A stretch of DNA of 10,778 nucleotides, taken from Deltaproteobacteria bacterium. GTDB lineage: Bacteria; Myxococcota_A; Polyangia; Polyangiales; Houyiibacteriaceae. The notes under the pieces were generated by a model that searched no databases, had not been told where the DNA came from, and saw only the letters and a list, made by a program, of their open reading frames with translations. The stretch is from assembly GCA_034670305.1 (NCBI GenBank), contig JAXMNT010000099.1:1-10778 (forward strand), given 5' to 3'. This document shows, piece after piece, positions 8,773 through 10,778 of this stretch (its first letter is position 1; each line of letters opens with the position of its first letter). Both the position numbers and the translations under genes were made by a program.

Positions 8773-9900
8773 ATGCCTCGGCCCTACCCATTCGATCGTT
8801 TGCCGCGCGTGTCGCAGGGAGACCGAAGCGCACTCCAGCGCTGCGCGCGCGCACTCCCGCCAGGTCTCGCGCACGTTTGGCGTGAGCCGCTCGAGTCGCT
8901 CTTCGGCGTGAAGGTCTCCCTGCATGATCCCGCGCTCCATCATTGCGCGCCGGACGAACTCGAACACGCCATCGTCGAGCCCGCGGTGCTGGTGGTCCTG
9001 TGCGGCGCACGCCCGGGCGCACGGCTCGCCCTCGAGTTCGAACCGCGGCTCGCGGCGGTGATGCTCGATCGCCTGCTCGGTGGCGACGGAACCGGCGCTG
9101 CAGCGAGTCAGACGGCCCTGCGAGAGGTCGAGCGCGGCGTGCTCGCGTGGGGTGTCGCGCGCCTCCTCTCCGAAACGCAGTCCGTCTGGCGGGTGGGCAC
9201 GGTCGTCACCGGATTGGCCGCCGCGCGGCATGCGCTTGGGGACCAGGGGTCGTCGGTGTGGAGCGCCCACCTGGGACTGGGCGAGGGCAGCCGCGGCGTG
9301 GTGCGTCTTTGGGTGCCCGACCACATCGCGTTGCCCCCCCAGCCGATCGGCCCAGAGAGTTCACGAACGGCCCGGTCGATCGAGCTGATGTTCACGCTCG
9401 AAGCCGGACGGGTCGCGCTGACGCCGGACACGATCGCGGGCCTCGGCCGCGGCGACATCGTGCTCTTCGACGAGTCGTGGCCGGAGCGTTCAGGGCACCG
9501 CCTCCGGGCCGTCGGCGCCGAGCGCACCCTTTGGTGGTGCCGACGACACGCGGACGGTTTCGAAGTCACCGGCTCGGAGCCCGCAACGGCGCTCCCCACC
9601 GGACGCGCTCGAGTGGTCGCGGACCGCACCACCCCAGAACAGGAAAAGGCACCCATGGATGACAAGACGCTCGAATCGGTCGGCGACGCGCCCATCGAAC
9701 TCACCATCGAGATCGCCCGGTTCGTGATGACACTCGAAGAGGTATCGAAGCTGCAACCGGGCGAAGTGCTGGCTGCGGGTCGCGCGGTCGGCGAACGGGT
9801 GGTGCTCCGCGCCGGCGAGAAGCGCATCGCCGAAGGAGAGCTCGTCGACGTCGACGGGGAGGTCGGCATTCGACTCCTGCAGATCGGCGGCGCGGGCTAG
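8773..9900 (+). CDS. sctQ: Type III secretion sorting-platform/C-ring protein, SctQ (YscQ/HrcQ; FliM/FliN family)
   Basis: Two SpoA-type domains: IELMFTLEAGRVALTPDTIAGLGRGDIVLFD and APIELTIEIARFVMTLEEVSKLQPGEVL...VVLRAGEKRIAEGELVDVDGEVGIRLLQI. The N-terminal region has a FliM-middle-like motif, LLGG...LREVERGVL. Confidence 0.82.
   Translation: MPRPYPFDRLPRVSQGDRSALQRCARALPPGLAHVWREPLESLFGVKVSLHDPALHHCAPDELEHAIVEPAVLVVLCGARPGARLALEFEPRLAAVMLDRLLGGDGTGAAASQTALREVERGVLAWGVARLLSETQSVWRVGTVVTGLAAARHALGDQGSSVWSAHLGLGEGSRGVVRLWVPDHIALPPQPIGPESSRTARSIELMFTLEAGRVALTPDTIAGLGRGDIVLFDESWPERSGHRLRAVGAERTLWWCRRHADGFEVTGSEPATALPTGRARVVADRTTPEQEKAPMDDKTLESVGDAPIELTIEIARFVMTLEEVSKLQPGEVLAAGRAVGERVVLRAGEKRIAEGELVDVDGEVGIRLLQIGGAG
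9641..9657 (+). promoter_or_regulatory. Putative internal ribosome-binding site and in-frame ATG within sctQ
   Basis: Purine run AGGAAAAGG (9641-9649) 5 nt before the in-frame ATG at 9655, just ahead of the second SpoA domain. Confidence 0.65.
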
Positions 9901-9966
9901 CGGGCTCCCCCGCAACCACGCCCCGCAAAGTTGACGCGGCTGGGGCACGCGTGGTTTGGAAGAAGC

Positions 9967-10428
9967 ATGCGTTTGTTCGTCCTGATGTCGGTGCTCGGTG
10001 TGCTCGGTTTGGTAGGGTGTGCCTCGACCCCGGAACCTCGTGAAGAGGTGCGGGCTGAACCGGCCGCAGAACCCGCGGCGGCGGTCTACGCCTCGCCGAC
10101 CACCCAGGGCACCATCGCGCGCGCGGAGCTGCTTCCCGTGCTCGACGCCGGGTTCGGTGCGTTTCTTGGCGGGGTCGGAACCGAACCCGACCTCCAAGAT
10201 GGGCAGTTCGTCGGCTTTCGGATCACGCGTCTCTACCCGGAGGACGTGCGCTTCACCTCACTCGATCTGAAACCGGGCGACACGGTGGTCGCGGTCAACG
10301 CGCGACCGATCGAACGCCCGGAACAAGCGCTTCAGACCTGGAACGAGCTGCGGGTCGCGAGCGCGATCGTCGTCGACTACTTGCGCGATGGCGAGCCGCG
10401 CCAGCTGCGTTTCGAGATCCTCGACTAG
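9967..10428 (+). CDS. Small PDZ-domain lipoprotein resembling the GspC C-terminal PDZ (153 aa)
   Basis: Start moved to ATG 9967: MRLFVLMSVLGVLGLVG-C (lipobox LVGC). A Pro/Ala/Glu linker leads to GQFVGFRITRLYP...LDLKPGDTVVAVNARPIERPEQALQTWNEL...IVVDYLRDGEPRQLRFEI. Confidence 0.8.
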   Translation: MRLFVLMSVLGVLGLVGCASTPEPREEVRAEPAAEPAAAVYASPTTQGTIARAELLPVLDAGFGAFLGGVGTEPDLQDGQFVGFRITRLYPEDVRFTSLDLKPGDTVVAVNARPIERPEQALQTWNELRVASAIVVDYLRDGEPRQLRFEILD

Positions 10429-10680
10429 CAGGTCGCTGAAAAGCGACCTGCTCCCTTGCCGTTGCCCTTGCCCGTGCCCTTGCCCGCGTCGTGGACGCCG
10501 TGTGTTTCGCGACGGCGAGGCCGCGAATCGGAGCCCGATGCCCAGCGGACGAAGCCGCCGGGCATCGGTCGGTGCTACGCGGCGATCTGACCGCTGATCC
10601 GCGGGCAAGGGCAAAGGCAAGGGCAGGGGCAAGGGGCAGGCTGCGAGAACACCCTGCGGGCGTTCTTCAGCAGCCTTGTA
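10426..10680 (+). mobile_element. Putative non-autonomous MITE-like structured repeat (about 255 bp)
   Basis: Second copy at 1-125. Imperfect terminal inverted repeats TAGCAGGTCGCTGAAAAGC / revcomp TACAAGGCTGCTGAAGAAC (13/19), bounded by TA at both ends. Hairpins at 10427-10452 and 10638-10676. No credible ORF. The right boundary is inferred from this one copy only. Confidence 0.6.
10453..10635. repeat. Inverted pair of 6x hexamer arrays, (CCCTTG)-like at 10453-10488 and (CAAGGG)-like at 10600-10635
   Basis: Left arm CCCTTG CCGTTG CCCTTG CCCGTG CCCTTG CCCGCG; reverse complement of right arm CCCTTG CCCCTG CCCTTG CCTTTG CCCTTG CCCGCG; 32/36 identical. Confidence 0.93.
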
Positions 10681-10729
10681 TGTGCGCGTTCGGGTTATTT
10701 AGGTGATGGAGCCGACATCGGCAGACCGT

Positions 10730-10778
10730 TCAGCCTGTGGTCCAAATGAGACCGTCTAGCAGCGTGTGGTTGCCGATG
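10730..10778 (-). CDS. Possible 3' end of a convergent gene entering from the window edge (...IGNHTLLDGLIWTTG*)
   Basis: A minus-strand frame is open from the edge to TGA at 10730-10732, with mostly G/C third positions. Too short to confirm. Confidence 0.25.
   Translation of the reverse strand, partial: IGNHTLLDGLIWTTG

Noticed and set aside
8773-9900. Calling the gene flagellar fliM or fliN
   Set aside because: Too long for FliN, no N-terminal CheY-binding LSQxEIDALL motif of FliM, and it has two SpoA domains with an internal start, which fits SctQ better.
10427-10452. Hairpin as a simple rho-independent terminator
   Set aside because: No U-tract on either side, it overlaps the stop codon, and it is part of a longer repeated unit. 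A termination or pausing role is not excluded.
10453-10635. Hexamer arrays as a CRISPR array or as coding repeats (CPCPCP, PLPLPL, GQGHGQ in ORFs 10388-10597, 10258-10632, 10491-10706)
   Set aside because: There is no repeat-spacer periodicity and no cas gene. The ORFs are translations of the repeat, and the two copies differ by a 1-nt indel.
10756-10759. Second CTAG as the target-site duplication marking the element's right end
   Set aside because: The sequence before it does not match the left terminus as an inverted repeat, whereas 10662-10680 does. It cannot be fully excluded without a second complete copy.

Overview
High-GC bacterial chromosomal segment, probably Myxococcota (inferred from gene content, not from a marker gene). 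It holds ten intact genes: a large lipoprotein with DxDxDG Ca-binding repeats and an integrin-beta-like VWA domain (-); pal with an unusual Cys-repeat insert and a cpoB/ybgF-like TPR gene (+); sco and ctaB/cyoE (-); a tail-anchored Ser/Thr kinase (-); a FliK/SctP-like gene (+); a ctaA/COX15 heme A synthase (-); an SctQ/FliM-FliN-type gene with a probable internal start (+); and a small PDZ lipoprotein (+). The most striking non-coding feature is a repeat present at both ends of the window in inverted orientation (1-125 versus 10425-10550; one substitution, one indel). Both copies begin exactly at the CTAG containing the TAG stop of the neighbouring gene. The complete right copy (about 10426-10680) has imperfect terminal inverted repeats, a hairpin at each end, two complementary hexamer arrays and a structured core, consistent with a stop-codon-associated MITE or a structured RNA element. 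The second oddity is a pair of type III secretion/flagellar-like genes interleaved with cytochrome oxidase assembly genes. All protein calls come from motif recognition by eye; no searches were run.
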